NCBI RefSeq assembly: GCF_014643915.1
Contig: NZ_BMKE01000002.1
Coordinates: forward strand, 132,132-196,131
Direction of reading: 5' to 3'
From: Oceanisphaera marina
GTDB lineage: Bacteria; Pseudomonadota; Gammaproteobacteria; Enterobacterales; Aeromonadaceae
Length of the DNA stretch: 64,000 nt
A program made the translations under genes and the position numbers. The number at the start of each line of letters is the position of its first letter. The stretch's first letter is position 1. Under the pieces are notes generated by a model. The model had not been told where the DNA came from. It made no database searches and saw only the letters and a list, made by a program, of their open reading frames with translations. Of this stretch, positions 37,602 to 48,763 are shown piece after piece.

Positions 37602-38942
37602 ATGCTGGATAAAGTAGTCATCGCCAACCGCGGTGAAATTGCCTTGCGGATCCTGCGCGCTTGTAAAGAGCTGGGGATCAAGACGGTAGCCGTGCATTCC
37701 ACGGCCGACCGCGAGCTTAAGCACGTATTGCTGGCAGACGAGTCCATCTGTATTGGTGGCAACCAGTCTAGCCAGTCTTACCTGAACATACCGTCCATTA
37801 TTGCGGCGGCAGAAGTGACCGATGCGGTCGCCATTCACCCCGGTTACGGCTTTTTGGCAGAAAACGCCGATTTTGCCGATCAGGTAGAAAAGTCGGGGTT
37901 CGTGTTCATCGGCCCTCGTGGCGACACCATTCGCCTGATGGGCGATAAAGTGTCGGCGATTAACGCCATGAAAAAAGCCGGTGTACCTTGTGTTCCCGGT
38001 TCAGACGGCCCCATCAGCGACGACGCCAAGAAAAACGCCGCCATCGCCAAGCGCATTGGTTATCCGGTGATCATCAAGGCCTCTGCGGGTGGCGGTGGTC
38101 GCGGTATGCGTGTGGTGCGCAACGAAAGCGAGCTGGAAAAATCCATTACCATGACCAAGGCCGAAGCCGGCTCTGTATTCGGTAGTGATGTGGTTTACAT
38201 GGAAAAATTCCTGGAAAATCCACGTCATATCGAAATTCAGATTCTGGCCGACGGTCAGGGCACAGCCATTCATCTGGGCGAACGTGACTGCTCCATGCAG
38301 CGCCGTCACCAGAAAGTGGTAGAAGAAGCACCGGCTCCTGGCATTACCGATGAAATGCGCAAGTTCATTGGTGAGCGTTGCTGCCGCGCCTGTGTCGATA
38401 TCGGTTATCGCGGTGCCGGCACCTTCGAATTCCTGTATGAAAACGGCGAGTTCTATTTCATTGAAATGAACACCCGTATTCAGGTTGAGCATCCGGTTAC
38501 CGAGATGATCACCAGCGTGGACTTGATCAAAGAGCAGCTGCGCATTGCCGCCGGCATGCCGTTGTCGATTACTCAAGAACAAGTCAATGTTCGTGGCCAT
38601 GCCATCGAGTGCCGGATTAACGCCGAAGATCCCAAGAGCTTTATTCCAAGCCCGGGTGAAATCAAGTTGTTCCATTCTCCGGGTGGCTTAGGGGTTCGTT
38701 GGGATTCGCACATTTATGCGGGTTACAAAGTCCCCCCTTACTACGACTCCATGATTGGCAAGCTGATCTGTTACGGCGAAAATCGCGATATCGCGATTGC
38801 CCGCATGACCCATGCCCTGAACGAGCTGGTCATTGAAGGTATTAAAACCAACATACCGCTGCATCAGGAAATCATGCGTGACGAGAACTTCCGCAACGGC
38901 GGTACCAACATTCATTACCTGGAGAAAAAACTGGGTTTGTAA
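37602..38942 (+). CDS. accC: Acetyl-CoA carboxylase biotin carboxylase subunit
   Basis: 446 aa starting [17 protein letters not shown]… with AAGGAA upstream. Confidence 0.95.
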   Translation: MLDKVVIANRGEIALRILRACKELGIKTVAVHSTADRELKHVLLADESICIGGNQSSQSYLNIPSIIAAAEVTDAVAIHPGYGFLAENADFADQVEKSGFVFIGPRGDTIRLMGDKVSAINAMKKAGVPCVPGSDGPISDDAKKNAAIAKRIGYPVIIKASAGGGGRGMRVVRNESELEKSITMTKAEAGSVFGSDVVYMEKFLENPRHIEIQILADGQGTAIHLGERDCSMQRRHQKVVEEAPAPGITDEMRKFIGERCCRACVDIGYRGAGTFEFLYENGEFYFIEMNTRIQVEHPVTEMITSVDLIKEQLRIAAGMPLSITQEQVNVRGHAIECRINAEDPKSFIPSPGEIKLFHSPGGLGVRWDSHIYAGYKVPPYYDSMIGKLICYGENRDIAIARMTHALNELVIEGIKTNIPLHQEIMRDENFRNGGTNIHYLEKKLGL

Positions 38943-38964
38943 TTGTTGAGTCACAGCACATTTA

Positions 38965-38993
38965 AAACGGCGCCCTTGGGCGCCGTTTTTTTA
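38965..38993 (+). terminator. Rho-independent terminator after accC
   Basis: aaaacggcgcc-cttg-ggcgccgtttttttatttg. Confidence 0.75.
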
Positions 38994-39082
38994 TTTGTGA
39001 TCTCGCAGGCCTTGTGGCGTTTCCCCCTCGCCGTCTTTTGCCGTTAAAATAGCGCATTTACGTCTACCGCAAGAGAAGCTCA

Positions 39083-39448
39083 GTGACTATCCACCGTATC
39101 AATCCCTGCCAACGCTGGTCCGACATTACCGTGTTCAACGGCATGGCACACTTCGTCGAAGTACCCGAGTCCGATCTCGACGCCGATATTCGCGGTCAAA
39201 CCGCGCAGATTTTTGCTCAGGCCGAACAGGCGCTGGCCAAGATCAACAGCGACAAGACACGATTGCTGTCGGTCACCATCTACCTGACCGACTTCGACAA
39301 TTTGCCCGCTTTCAACGCCGAGTGGGATGCCTGGTTTGAGCCTAATACCGCCCCCAGCCGCGCCTGTGTAAAGGCCGAGCTGGCCAATCCACGTTATCTG
39401 GTGGAGCTGGCCTTTGTGGCCGCCGCCGGTGACGGTTACTCCGCATAG
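39083..39448 (+). CDS. RidA/YjgF/TdcF-family reactive-intermediate deaminase
   Basis: 121-aa YjgF fold (…LSVTIYLTDFDNLPAFNAEWDAWF…PSRACVKAELA…). Confidence 0.8.
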   Translation: MTIHRINPCQRWSDITVFNGMAHFVEVPESDLDADIRGQTAQIFAQAEQALAKINSDKTRLLSVTIYLTDFDNLPAFNAEWDAWFEPNTAPSRACVKAELANPRYLVELAFVAAAGDGYSA

Positions 39449-39553
39449 CCCAGCTGGTAACGGCACGCTCAAACGGACCACCAGCATAGCAGCCGATTGA
39501 TTCCAGCAAGCTCGGGCTGGTATCCTGCGGCCCCTTCTTGTGGAAAATCAAAG

Positions 39554-39883
39554 ATGATTAATATTGTATCCATCGCCCGTCGGGAGGCCGCCCTGAGTGT
39601 GGGCCTGGCAATGCTGTATATGCTGGGCTGGTGGCTGAGTGCCTATCAGGTTTCGCCGGAGCTAACCTTTGGCGGCTGGCCGCTGTGGTTTCTATTAAGC
39701 TGTTTGTTCAACCCCTTATTGTTTGTGGGCCTGTGCGTCGTCATGGTGCGCTATTGCTTCAAGACGGTGGCGCTGGACAGCCCTGAGCCTGCGAGCAGCC
39801 CTGAGCCAATCCATCGCCCTGCACCGAAAAACAGCTCCAGTATCGCCCCCTCTCATCACCATGAATCAGGTACACAGTCGTGA
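39554..39883 (+). CDS. yhdT: YhdT-family small membrane protein (DUF997) preceding panF
   Basis: Two TM helices. It sits at the conserved accC-yhdT-panF position and its stop overlaps the panF GTG start. Confidence 0.65.
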   Translation: MINIVSIARREAALSVGLAMLYMLGWWLSAYQVSPELTFGGWPLWFLLSCLFNPLLFVGLCVVMVRYCFKTVALDSPEPASSPEPIHRPAPKNSSSIAPSHHHESGTQS

Positions 39884-41382
39884 ATATCGAGTTAGTCATT
39901 CCCCTGGTCTGTTATTTGGTCCTGATGCTGGCGCTGGGCTTTTACTTGAGCCGTCGCCCTCAGCAAGGCAGTTTCGTGCAGGACTACTTTTTGGGTAATC
40001 GCTCCATGGGCGGTTTTGTGCTGGCCATGACCATGGTGGCTACCTACGCCTCGGCGTCATCTTTTATCGGCGGCCCGGGTGCCGCCTACAGCATGGGGCT
40101 GGGCTGGGTATTATTGGCCATGATCCAGGTGCCCACGGTATGGCTGACACTGGGCGTGCTGGGCAAGCAGTTTGCCCACATTGCCCGCCGGGTAAACGCG
40201 CTTACCATCAACGACATGCTCTATGCCCGCTATCGCAGTCCGTTGGTGGTCATTCTGGCCGCATTCGGCCTGTTGGCGGCCTTTATCGCCACCATGGTGG
40301 TGCAGTTTATTGGCGGTGCCCGGCTGCTGGAAACCGTGACCGGCCTGCCTTATCAGGGCGGCCTGATCATTTTTGCCACTACCGTGCTGCTCTATACCCT
40401 GATTGGCGGCTTCAGAGCCGTGGTGATCACCGATGCAGTACAGGGCATCTTGATGCTGATTGGCACCATAGTGCTGCTGGTGGGTGTATTGCATGCCGGT
40501 GGCGGTGCCAGCGCCATGTTCAGCGCCCTGGCCGACATAGACCCGGGCCTGGTTACGCCCCAAGGGCCGGATGACTTTTTAAGCACCAGCTTTATGCTGT
40601 CATTCTGGGTACTGGTGTGCTTTGGCGTGATTGGCCTGCCCCACTCTGCTGTACGCTGCCTGGCCTATAAAGACAGTGGCGCCATGCACAAGGGCATTAT
40701 CATCGGTACGCTCGTGGGTGCGCTCTTGATGTTTGGCATGCACTTTGCCGGAGCACTGGGGCGGGTGCTGGTGCCCGAGCTGACCGTACCCGACAAGGTG
40801 ATGCCTACCCTGATGCTCACCGTACTGCCGCCCATAGTGGCGGGGCTGTTTTTGGCCGGCCCCATGGCAGCCATTATGTCGACCATAGACTCGCAGCTGA
40901 TCCAGGCTTCGGCCACCCTGGTTAAAGACTTGTACCTCAATTACCTGAGCCGTTCTCATGGCGGCAAGCCCGCCCCTTCGCCGATCTTTATTAAGCGCGC
41001 CAGCCGCGGGGTCACGCTGGTCGTTGGCCTGATTGTGCTGTGGGCCGCCCTGAGCCCGCCGGACATGATAATCTGGCTCAATCTGCTGGCCTTTGGCGCC
41101 CTGCAGGCCATTTTCTTCTGGCCCCTGGTATTGGGTCTGTACTGGTGGCGCGGTACGGCCGCCGGGGCACTGGCCTCCATGGTCACTGGAGCCCTGTGTT
41201 ACGGCCTGCTGACCACCTTTGGCATCAAGCTGCTGGGGCTCCATGCCATCGTTCCCAGCCTGGCCTTCTCGGGTCTGGCCTACGTCATAGGTTCACTGCT
41301 CAGCCCGGCCCCCTGCGCCGAAGTACGGGCCTTGTTCGGCAAAGAAGAACTTGGAAAAAGCAGCTCCCGGCACCCAGCTTGA
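39880..41382 (+). CDS. panF: Sodium/pantothenate symporter (SSS family)
   Basis: 500 aa with about 13 TM helices and PanF similarity. GTG start overlaps the yhdT stop (GTGA). Confidence 0.85.
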   Translation: MNIELVIPLVCYLVLMLALGFYLSRRPQQGSFVQDYFLGNRSMGGFVLAMTMVATYASASSFIGGPGAAYSMGLGWVLLAMIQVPTVWLTLGVLGKQFAHIARRVNALTINDMLYARYRSPLVVILAAFGLLAAFIATMVVQFIGGARLLETVTGLPYQGGLIIFATTVLLYTLIGGFRAVVITDAVQGILMLIGTIVLLVGVLHAGGGASAMFSALADIDPGLVTPQGPDDFLSTSFMLSFWVLVCFGVIGLPHSAVRCLAYKDSGAMHKGIIIGTLVGALLMFGMHFAGALGRVLVPELTVPDKVMPTLMLTVLPPIVAGLFLAGPMAAIMSTIDSQLIQASATLVKDLYLNYLSRSHGGKPAPSPIFIKRASRGVTLVVGLIVLWAALSPPDMIIWLNLLAFGALQAIFFWPLVLGLYWWRGTAAGALASMVTGALCYGLLTTFGIKLLGLHAIVPSLAFSGLAYVIGSLLSPAPCAEVRALFGKEELGKSSSRHPA

Positions 41383-41711
41383 GCCTAAGACCTAAAGACT
41401 AACGCTATGTTTGCCACGGAAGAACGCTGAAGACGTAACATATAGCACAAATGTAGTCGCGTGCTTTAGCCGCGAAAACCTGCAGAGCAGGTTCTGATGC
41501 ACAGGTTCAACCCTGTTCGCCAAACTGTGTGTAAACCAATGTAATACGATAAACGATGAAACCTCGGAGTCGGGATCTGGCTTCGCCACATTGCGAAGCG
41601 GTCGCATCGCCTTGGTATCTACAGAAGGTGTTATTCTGTGGCTGCTTTAGCTGCTAAAAACGGCTGGTTTTATGCTAGAATCTGCCCTTTACCGTTTGAT
41701 GAAGCCACGCC

Positions 41712-42599
41712 ATGCCCTGGATACAAATTCGCATTAATGCCACCGAAAAAACCGCCGACAAGGTCAGCAACATGCTGATGGGGCGCGGTGCTCAGGCGGT
41801 GACCTATATGGACGCCGAAGACAAACCCGTGTTCGAACCCCTGCCCGGTGAAACCCTGTTGTGGGACGATACCGTAGTGGTCGGCATGTTTGATGCGGCC
41901 ACCGACCCCGATCCCGTGATCGCCTTCCTGAAAAAGTACTACCGCAAAGATCTCACCTACAAGGTAGAGCAGCTGGAAGACAAAGACTGGGTACGCGAGT
42001 GGATGGACAGCTTTCACCCCATGCGGTTTGGCAAGCGGTTATGGATTTGCCCCAGCTGGCGCGATGTGCCCGATCCCGATGCGGTCAACGTGATGCTGGA
42101 TCCGGGCCTGGCTTTTGGTACCGGCACCCACCCCACCACCGCCTTGTGCCTGGAATGGCTGGACGGCCAGGATCTGAGCGATAAAACCGTGATCGACTTT
42201 GGCTGTGGCTCGGGCATTCTGGCCCTGGCCGCCCTCAAGCTGGGCGCCAAGCAGGTGATTGGTATCGACATAGATCCACAGGCACTGCAGGCCAGCCGCG
42301 ATAACGCCGAGCGCAATGGCGTGGCCGATCGCCTGAGCGTCTATCTGCCCAAAGATCAGCCCGACGGCCTGCTCGCAGATATCGTGGTCGCCAATATTCT
42401 GGCCGGCCCACTCAAAGAGCTGTCGCCGCTGATCACCAGCCTGGTCAAGCCCGGCGGCCAGCTGGCACTGTCCGGCATTCTCGACACCCAGGCCGAGGGG
42501 TTGAACCAGTTGTATGAACAGTGGTTTACCATGGATACTCCCGAACTGCGTGAAGAATGGGCGCGGCTAAGCGGCCAAAAACGCCAGGTAAATCAGTAA
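41712..42599 (+). CDS. prmA: Ribosomal protein L11 methyltransferase
   Basis: 295 aa starting [23 protein letters not shown]…, with the SAM motif [10 protein letters not shown]. Confidence 0.95.
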   Translation: MPWIQIRINATEKTADKVSNMLMGRGAQAVTYMDAEDKPVFEPLPGETLLWDDTVVVGMFDAATDPDPVIAFLKKYYRKDLTYKVEQLEDKDWVREWMDSFHPMRFGKRLWICPSWRDVPDPDAVNVMLDPGLAFGTGTHPTTALCLEWLDGQDLSDKTVIDFGCGSGILALAALKLGAKQVIGIDIDPQALQASRDNAERNGVADRLSVYLPKDQPDGLLADIVVANILAGPLKELSPLITSLVKPGGQLALSGILDTQAEGLNQLYEQWFTMDTPELREEWARLSGQKRQVNQ

Positions 42600-42830
42600 A
42601 TAACTATTCAATAACGCCCGTGGCCCGGCCAAATCTGCCGCTGGAAAGAGACACCAATTAATGAGTCAAACGCATTCATTTGCGGATGAATAATCCGCAA
42701 ATGAAATTGCATAAAAAACGCACCAGCATCTTGACTTATAAAAATTTAGCAATCGGTCAATTTGTGACCTTTTCAGACTCATAAAAAATGCGTAAGATAC
42801 GCGACCCTGAGCAAAGATAGCCGTTATCTC

Positions 42831-43796
42831 ATGCAAATTGGTCCTTACAAACTGTCTACCCCGTTATTGGTGGCACCGATGGCTGGCGTAACCGACAGAC
42901 CATTTCGTACCCTGTGCTTGCGCATGGGCGCAGGAATGGCCGTGTCGGAAATGATGTCGTCCAACCCCAGGGTCTGGCAGTCCGAGAAGTCTTTACGGCG
43001 TATGGACCATGCAGGGGAAACGGGTATTCGATCCGTCCAGATTGCCGGGGCAGATCCTGAGTTGATGGCCGAGGCCGCCCGGTTCAATGTGGACCAGGGC
43101 GCGCAGATTATCGACATCAATATGGGCTGCCCAGCAAAGAAAGTGAATAAAAAAATGGCAGGGTCCGCCCTGTTGCAATATCCACAGCTAGTGCAAGAAA
43201 TTGTCAGCGCCGTGGTGAAGGCAGTAACGGTTCCCGTAACCCTGAAAATTCGTACTGGCTGGGACCCTGATCACCGCAACGGCGTGCACATTGCTCGCAT
43301 AGCCCAGGAATGCGGTATTCAGGCTCTGGCCGTGCATGGCCGCACACGCGCCTGCATGTACAGGGGTGAAGCGGAATACGATACCATTAGAGCAATAAAA
43401 CAAGCCGTCTCTATTCCCGTTATCGCCAACGGGGATATCGACAGCCCGGAAAAGGCGCGTTTTGTACTGGATTACACCGGCGCTGATGCCATCATGATTG
43501 GCCGGGCTGCCCAGGGGCGGCCATGGATTTTTAGAGAAATCCGCCACTATCTGGAACAAGGTACCCATCCCGTGCCGCTTCACAAGGACCTGGAGCAGGC
43601 CATGATTAGGGAGCACGTTGATGCACTGCACGCGTTTTATGGTGAGGTGATGGGCGTGCGTATTGCCCGAAAACATGTGGGCTGGTATTTGAAAGATAGT
43701 GATGCGGGCCGTGACTTTCGCAGTGATTTTAATGCTATCAATGAGCCCGAGCTCCAGCTCGACTCATTGCAGCAGTATTTCGCGAATATAGCTTAA
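42831..43796 (+). CDS. dusB: tRNA-dihydrouridine synthase B
   Basis: 321-aa Dus TIM barrel (…[13 protein letters not shown]…). Confidence 0.95.
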   Translation: MQIGPYKLSTPLLVAPMAGVTDRPFRTLCLRMGAGMAVSEMMSSNPRVWQSEKSLRRMDHAGETGIRSVQIAGADPELMAEAARFNVDQGAQIIDINMGCPAKKVNKKMAGSALLQYPQLVQEIVSAVVKAVTVPVTLKIRTGWDPDHRNGVHIARIAQECGIQALAVHGRTRACMYRGEAEYDTIRAIKQAVSIPVIANGDIDSPEKARFVLDYTGADAIMIGRAAQGRPWIFREIRHYLEQGTHPVPLHKDLEQAMIREHVDALHAFYGEVMGVRIARKHVGWYLKDSDAGRDFRSDFNAINEPELQLDSLQQYFANIA

Positions 43797-43821
43797 CGAA
43801 CAAAAGAAGAGCCGACTGAAT

Positions 43822-44121
43822 ATGTTCGAACAAACTACGACTTCTGATGCACTGGTTACTACCACTAAATCTCCAACCTCTGAGCAGCCTACCCAGCGCC
43901 CGTTGCGCAACTCGGTAGACCAAGCGCTGCGTAATTACCTGTCCCAGCTGAATGGTCAGGAAGTAACTGAGTTGTATGAGTTGGTCCTCGCCGAAGTCGA
44001 AGCTCCCATGCTGGACGTGATCATGCAGTACACTCGCGGTAACCAAACCCGCGCCGCCAACATGATGGGCATCAACCGCGGTACACTGCGCAAGAAGCTT
44101 AAAAAGTACGGCATGAACTAA
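43822..44121 (+). CDS. fis: DNA-binding protein Fis
   Basis: 99 aa. The C-terminal helix-turn-helix [27 protein letters not shown] is near-identical to Fis. Confidence 0.95.
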   Translation: MFEQTTTSDALVTTTKSPTSEQPTQRPLRNSVDQALRNYLSQLNGQEVTELYELVLAEVEAPMLDVIMQYTRGNQTRAANMMGINRGTLRKKLKKYGMN

Positions 44122-44147
44122 TTTATATTAGTTAAGTGCTTGAATTA

Positions 44148-44183
44148 AAAAGCGTTAACCTGCAAAGGTTAACGCTTTTTTTA
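44148..44183 (+). terminator. Rho-independent terminator after fis
   Basis: aaaaagcgttaacc-tgcaaa-ggttaacgcttttttt. Confidence 0.8.
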
Positions 44184-44291
44184 TGCATGAAATCACATTA
44201 AGCTCACATTTTTACCTGCAAAAAAGAACACAAGCTCCTCCAAGACATTACAAACAACAAAAAGCCTCTGTGACTCAATCTGTTTGGTATT

Positions 44292-44996
44292 ATGCTGCAG
44301 CCTAAAAATCAGCCCTGTAAAACGCGGTCACTTAATACAGAGATTCATATGCTAAACACTGAACACTCCCCCCGGGATGGAACATCTATCATCGGCATCG
44401 ACACCCAGCTCGATATAGATAAAACAAACAGCCAAAACAAAAAGCTACAGTCGCTGGGCTTCTTGAGCTTTTTGGAACAGGTGCAAACCGAGTTGAATGC
44501 TGCGGTGGCGGTCTTTGTTGCAGTGAACGGCCATGATGTTCAGCAGCTAATAGCCGATAAAACGGATATTAATACGCTGTTTGCCGACCATGAGCACTAC
44601 CCTGACTTCGTCGCTTATTTTGCGCGTACCAAGGCCGAGATTGAACACTGGGTAGCAGCAGACAACCCAGAGCCCTTGGCGCATCAGGCCATTGTTGATC
44701 AAGTGATCTGTTTGCGGGCGTTTATAGAAACACGTTATGCCGCCTCTATTTCCGAACCGGATACGCCACCCAAACAACGCAAGGTTGGCCATTATCTCGG
44801 CGCCGGTATCGTATTTTTACCGATTATTTTTGCCTGGTTTACGCTACGCAAAGGCTACTCGAATTGGTTAAGAATAGGGGCATTTTTATGGCTGGCGGTA
44901 TTTTTGTACGCCACCTTCCCCACCGCTAAAGATGACGTTGAGAAGAACTCCCCGCCCTACGAACAAGAGGTCCATGAACAAGACGCTGGCGAATAA
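44292..44996 (+). CDS. Hypothetical protein with two C-terminal TM helices
   Basis: 234-aa ORF with coding-like composition and no family I recognise. An alternative start is at 44349. Confidence 0.5.
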   Translation: MLQPKNQPCKTRSLNTEIHMLNTEHSPRDGTSIIGIDTQLDIDKTNSQNKKLQSLGFLSFLEQVQTELNAAVAVFVAVNGHDVQQLIADKTDINTLFADHEHYPDFVAYFARTKAEIEHWVAADNPEPLAHQAIVDQVICLRAFIETRYAASISEPDTPPKQRKVGHYLGAGIVFLPIIFAWFTLRKGYSNWLRIGAFLWLAVFLYATFPTAKDDVEKNSPPYEQEVHEQDAGE

Positions 44997-45181
44997 CATC
45001 CTCCACTCCAGTTAAGGGCTCCTGGCTGACATGGCGTGCTTGGCCCCGAGCAGTGTATTGTGGCTGAAACGCGGTATGTTCAGTCTCTGACAGACAGATC
45101 CTGTCCAAGGTATCCAGTTTCAAACGAACTCTTGTGCACTCTGTCACTCTTACTGGTTGGTTCATTATTAGAGAGACCCTT

Positions 45182-46207
45182 ATGTTGTTAAGAATAACAA
45201 TGATGATCTCGCTGCTGATCACCAGCCAGCTTGCTCACGCTCGCCCTTACGTAGATGGTCATCTGCACTACGTCGATTTCTTTCAGGAATCTGATGGCAT
45301 GCCGGCTTTACTGAGTGCCATGGACGACGGCAATATCAGCCAGGCGGCCATTATGGGCATTCCGGTGGCCAAAATCTGGCACGAAGACGAACCCAAGAAG
45401 CCCCGTTATTATGCGGGGGATGATGCGGCCCTGTACTGGTATAGCGCCACCGACTTTGAGCTGCTCAATGCCATACAGGCACTGCAGCCGGAGCAACAGC
45501 AACGCTTTATTCCCTTTATTTCGGGCATTAATGCCAACGATAAAAACGCCGCCGCCCATTTGCGCCGGGCCCTGGAGCTTAACCCCGGTTTTTGGCAGGG
45601 CATTGGCGAGCTGTTTACCCGCCACGACGATGTCACCGCGCTGATGCATGGTAATACGCCACGGGCAAACAACGAAGCCATGATGAAGGTCTACAAGGTG
45701 GCCGCCGAGTTTGACTTGCCGGTACTGATCCACAGCAATGTGACCTCCAAACGTGAACGTAACCCGCTGTATCTTGAAGAAATGGAAGAGGCGCTGAGCA
45801 AGAACCCCGAGGTGAAGTTTATCTGGGCCCATGCCGGCACCAGCAAAGAGCTGCATCGCCACCAGGAGGAGCTGGAATTTTTGCGCCCTCTATTACAACG
45901 CCTGTTGGCAAAATACGATAATCTGACCATCGACTTGTCGTGGACGCTGATAGAGCCTTATTTACTCGATGAGCAGGGAAAACCTCGCCCCCAGTGGCTG
46001 GCACTGCTTAAGCAGTATCCACAGCGTTTTGTGCTCGGCAGCGATGTGGTCGGCCGGTTTGACAACCTGGGCAACACCATGCACCGCTTCGATCCTGTGC
46101 TGCAGGCGCTGCCGCCCGAGGTGGCGAAGGCCATTGCTCACGATAACTTTCTGGCCTTGTTGCCCAAGTCCGCCCAACACGCCGAGCAAGAATCAGCGTC
46201 AGACTAA
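45182..46207 (+). CDS. Secreted amidohydrolase-family (metal-dependent TIM-barrel hydrolase, Amidohydro_2-like) protein
   Basis: Signal peptide MLLRITMMISLLITSQLAHA. The HxH-like N-terminal motif DGHLHY and a later …HSN…H…D pattern fit an amidohydrolase. Confidence 0.6.
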   Translation: MLLRITMMISLLITSQLAHARPYVDGHLHYVDFFQESDGMPALLSAMDDGNISQAAIMGIPVAKIWHEDEPKKPRYYAGDDAALYWYSATDFELLNAIQALQPEQQQRFIPFISGINANDKNAAAHLRRALELNPGFWQGIGELFTRHDDVTALMHGNTPRANNEAMMKVYKVAAEFDLPVLIHSNVTSKRERNPLYLEEMEEALSKNPEVKFIWAHAGTSKELHRHQEELEFLRPLLQRLLAKYDNLTIDLSWTLIEPYLLDEQGKPRPQWLALLKQYPQRFVLGSDVVGRFDNLGNTMHRFDPVLQALPPEVAKAIAHDNFLALLPKSAQHAEQESASD

Positions 46208-46294
46208 AAACCGCTGACGAGCAAAAGCGCTCTGCGCAGGGGAGCGCTTTTTATCCGTGCGACTGTGTCATATCACCCTATTAAGGAGAACATC

Positions 46295-46630
46295 ATGAAA
46301 CGTCTGCTAACTGCGATAACAGGGATAATGGCAGTGGCGCTGCTGGTAGCCTGTGGTAAACCCACCGTTGAAATTGCACACACAGTGAAAGCCTCGCTGC
46401 AAAGAGTATTAGACTCGGAATTTAACCTGCTGCCCCAGGAATTGAGTGTGGATAAGGTTGAAGTATCTAGAAATTTGTTGGGTGGCTATAGTGGCACCGC
46501 CCATATTCTATACCAGGAACAATGGCATGAAATCCCGCTCAAAATCACGCTTATACACGGCGAGCCAGTATGGGAACTCAGCCCTGAGGCTATTCAGCTC
46601 ATTAATCGCAACCCACGGCAAAGCCAGTAA
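46295..46630 (+). CDS. Small lipoprotein, uncharacterised
   Basis: Lipobox in MKRLLTAITGIMAVALLVAC. Confidence 0.55.
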   Translation: MKRLLTAITGIMAVALLVACGKPTVEIAHTVKASLQRVLDSEFNLLPQELSVDKVEVSRNLLGGYSGTAHILYQEQWHEIPLKITLIHGEPVWELSPEAIQLINRNPRQSQ

Positions 46631-46699
46631 ATTACGACGCTGTCGGCCCACCCAGCCGCCGTGTCTATTTTGCCCTTAACGATTTACTCTTTACGCTGC

Positions 46700-47290
46700 T
46701 CACTCGCAGGCGATGCGTGCTATCTGGCCATGGCTGAGTTTAAAGAAGGCGTTTTGCGGGATCTCTTGCTGCCATACCGCATCAAAATCCAGGTTGGCGT
46801 ACAGGCCGCGTAATACGGCGCCGGATAATCCATGGGCGACCACCACCACTTGCTGAGGCAAATCAGGATCTTGCAGCCAGCTTGAGAGCCTGGTTTGCAG
46901 TTTATCGTAGCGCTCGGCACCTGGCGCTTGCAGATACCAGCTTAATACCTGTTGCGAAATATGCGGGTATTGCTGCTGCAGATCCGGGGCGCGTTGCTGT
47001 TCCCATTCGCCCAGCCCCAGCTCCATCAGTCGTTCATCCAATCGAATATGCTCAGACGATATCTGTAATCGCTCGCCTACTATATGTGCCGTTTGTTGTG
47101 CCCGGCCCAGGGGGCTGGAATAGAGTGCCCACTCTTGTGGCGTGGCCAATAATTCGGCCAGAGTATTGGCCATGGCTTCGGCCTGTTGCAGTCCGGTGGC
47201 GGTCAGATCGGAATTGCAGTGCCCTTGTAAACGCTGCTCGGCATTAAACCGGGTTTGCCCGTGGCGTAATAAATAGATGGTACGTGACAT
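46700..47290 (-). CDS. Histidine phosphatase (phosphoglycerate-mutase-like) family protein
   Basis: Catalytic RHG motif in MSRTIYLLRHGQTRFNAEQRLQG…. Confidence 0.8.
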   Translation of the reverse strand: MSRTIYLLRHGQTRFNAEQRLQGHCNSDLTATGLQQAEAMANTLAELLATPQEWALYSSPLGRAQQTAHIVGERLQISSEHIRLDERLMELGLGEWEQQRAPDLQQQYPHISQQVLSWYLQAPGAERYDKLQTRLSSWLQDPDLPQQVVVVAHGLSGAVLRGLYANLDFDAVWQQEIPQNAFFKLSHGQIARIACE

Positions 47291-47392
47291 GGTGTGAGTT
47301 ACCTTGTTGACAGAAACAGCCCCCTGCACTTGTTAAGGGTGAAGCGTAAAGAGTTAAGAGGATGACATAAATTAAAATCACTCAAACATAGA

Positions 47393-47575
47393 GCTATTTT
47401 TGCAACGGAAGAACGCGGAACGCGCGGAAAATCAAGCAGAGATAAGATCGAAAATGGCTAAAAAATATGGTTGGTAAGAGCCAAACATAGTCTTGTTAGC
47501 TCTTAACATAAAATTACTTTTCAGATTTGATCACTATTTTTCCGCGTTTTCTGCGGGTTCCGTTGCAAGAATTCT
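47393..47575. repeat. MITE/REP-like intergenic element of about 180 bp, with terminal inverted repeats TTGCAACGGAAGAACGCGGAA … TTCCGCG…GGTTCCGTTGCAA and an internal hairpin
   Basis: Direct reading. It shares the ACGGAAGAACGC core with 41415-41435. Confidence 0.55.
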
Positions 47576-47581
47576 TAGTCT

Positions 47582-48763
47582 TTAGAACTCGACGGTGACC
47601 TTGGCGGCACAGTCGCTGGCCTTGGTTTTGGCTGCTTCGATGCTGTCGGCCAGCGCCAGAGCAACGCCCATGCGACGGCGGCCATTAATCTCGGGCTTGC
47701 CGAACAGGCGTAGCTCGGTGTCCGGCTCGGCCAGCGCCAGGTTAAGGCCGCCGAAGCGGGTTTGACAAGACAGCCCTTCAGGCAAAATCACCGCCGAGGC
47801 GGCAGGACCATACTGGCGGATCAGCGGGATTGGCAAGCCCAGAATGGCACGGGCATGCAGGGCAAACTCCGACAGATTTTGCGAAATCAAGGTGACCAGG
47901 CCGGTGTCGTGCGGCCGTGGCGACACTTCACTGAACAACACCTCATCACCACGAATAAACAGTTCAACGCCAAATACACCAAAACCACCCAGGGCACCGG
48001 TCACTTGCTCTGCAACCTGTTGCGAGGCGGCCAGTGCCGCCGCACTCATCACCTGGGGCTGCCAGGAAGTGCGATAGTCGCCGTCTTCCTGCAGGTGGCC
48101 AATCGGCTCGCAAAAGCTGGTGCCGTTGACATGACGCACCGTAAGCAGGGTGATTTCATAATCAAACTCAACGAAACCTTCAATAATAACGCGCCCACCG
48201 CCGGCTCGACCGCCTTCCTGGGCATATTGCCAGGCCGCTTCAATGTCACTCTTCTGGCGCAAGGTGCTCTGCCCTTTACCGGATGAGCTCATGATCGGCT
48301 TGACCACACAGGGTAGCCCGATCTCGGCAATGGCCGCCTTAAACTCGGCCAGGGTACCGGCAAAACGGTACGGCGACGTCGCCAGCCCCAGTTCTTCTGC
48401 CGCCAGGGTGCGAATACCTTCGCGGTTCATGGTCAGCTGGGTAGCGCGGGCGGAGGGGATCACGGTAAAGCCTTCCTGCTCCAGTTCGGCCAGGGTGTCG
48501 GTGGCGATGGCTTCAATCTCGGGCACGATCAGGTGCGGCTGCTCTTGCTCGATGACGGCTCTGAGTGCCGCACCATCGAGCATGGAAATCACGTGGGATC
48601 TATGGGCCACCTGCATGGCGGGCGAGTCGGCATAGCGGTCCACCACTATCACTTCTACGCCCAGGCGCTGCAGTTCAATGACCACTTCTTTGCCCAGCTC
48701 GCCGCCGCCGCACATTAATACTCGGGTGGCCGTAGCCGAAAGAGGAGTTCCAATTGTTGTCAT
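47582..48763 (-). CDS. purT: Formate-dependent phosphoribosylglycinamide formyltransferase (GAR transformylase T)
   Basis: 393 aa with strong PurT/ATP-grasp similarity ([27 protein letters not shown]…). Confidence 0.9.
   Translation of the reverse strand: MTTIGTPLSATATRVLMCGGGELGKEVVIELQRLGVEVIVVDRYADSPAMQVAHRSHVISMLDGAALRAVIEQEQPHLIVPEIEAIATDTLAELEQEGFTVIPSARATQLTMNREGIRTLAAEELGLATSPYRFAGTLAEFKAAIAEIGLPCVVKPIMSSSGKGQSTLRQKSDIEAAWQYAQEGGRAGGGRVIIEGFVEFDYEITLLTVRHVNGTSFCEPIGHLQEDGDYRTSWQPQVMSAAALAASQQVAEQVTGALGGFGVFGVELFIRGDEVLFSEVSPRPHDTGLVTLISQNLSEFALHARAILGLPIPLIRQYGPAASAVILPEGLSCQTRFGGLNLALAEPDTELRLFGKPEINGRRRMGVALALADSIEAAKTKASDCAAKVTVEF

Noticed and set aside
41495-41525. tRNA-like T-arm (ACAGG-TTCAACC-CCTGT) in the panF-prmA spacer
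   Set aside because: No matching acceptor, D or anticodon arms can be built around it. It is more likely part of a repeat or structured element, or at most a tRNA remnant.
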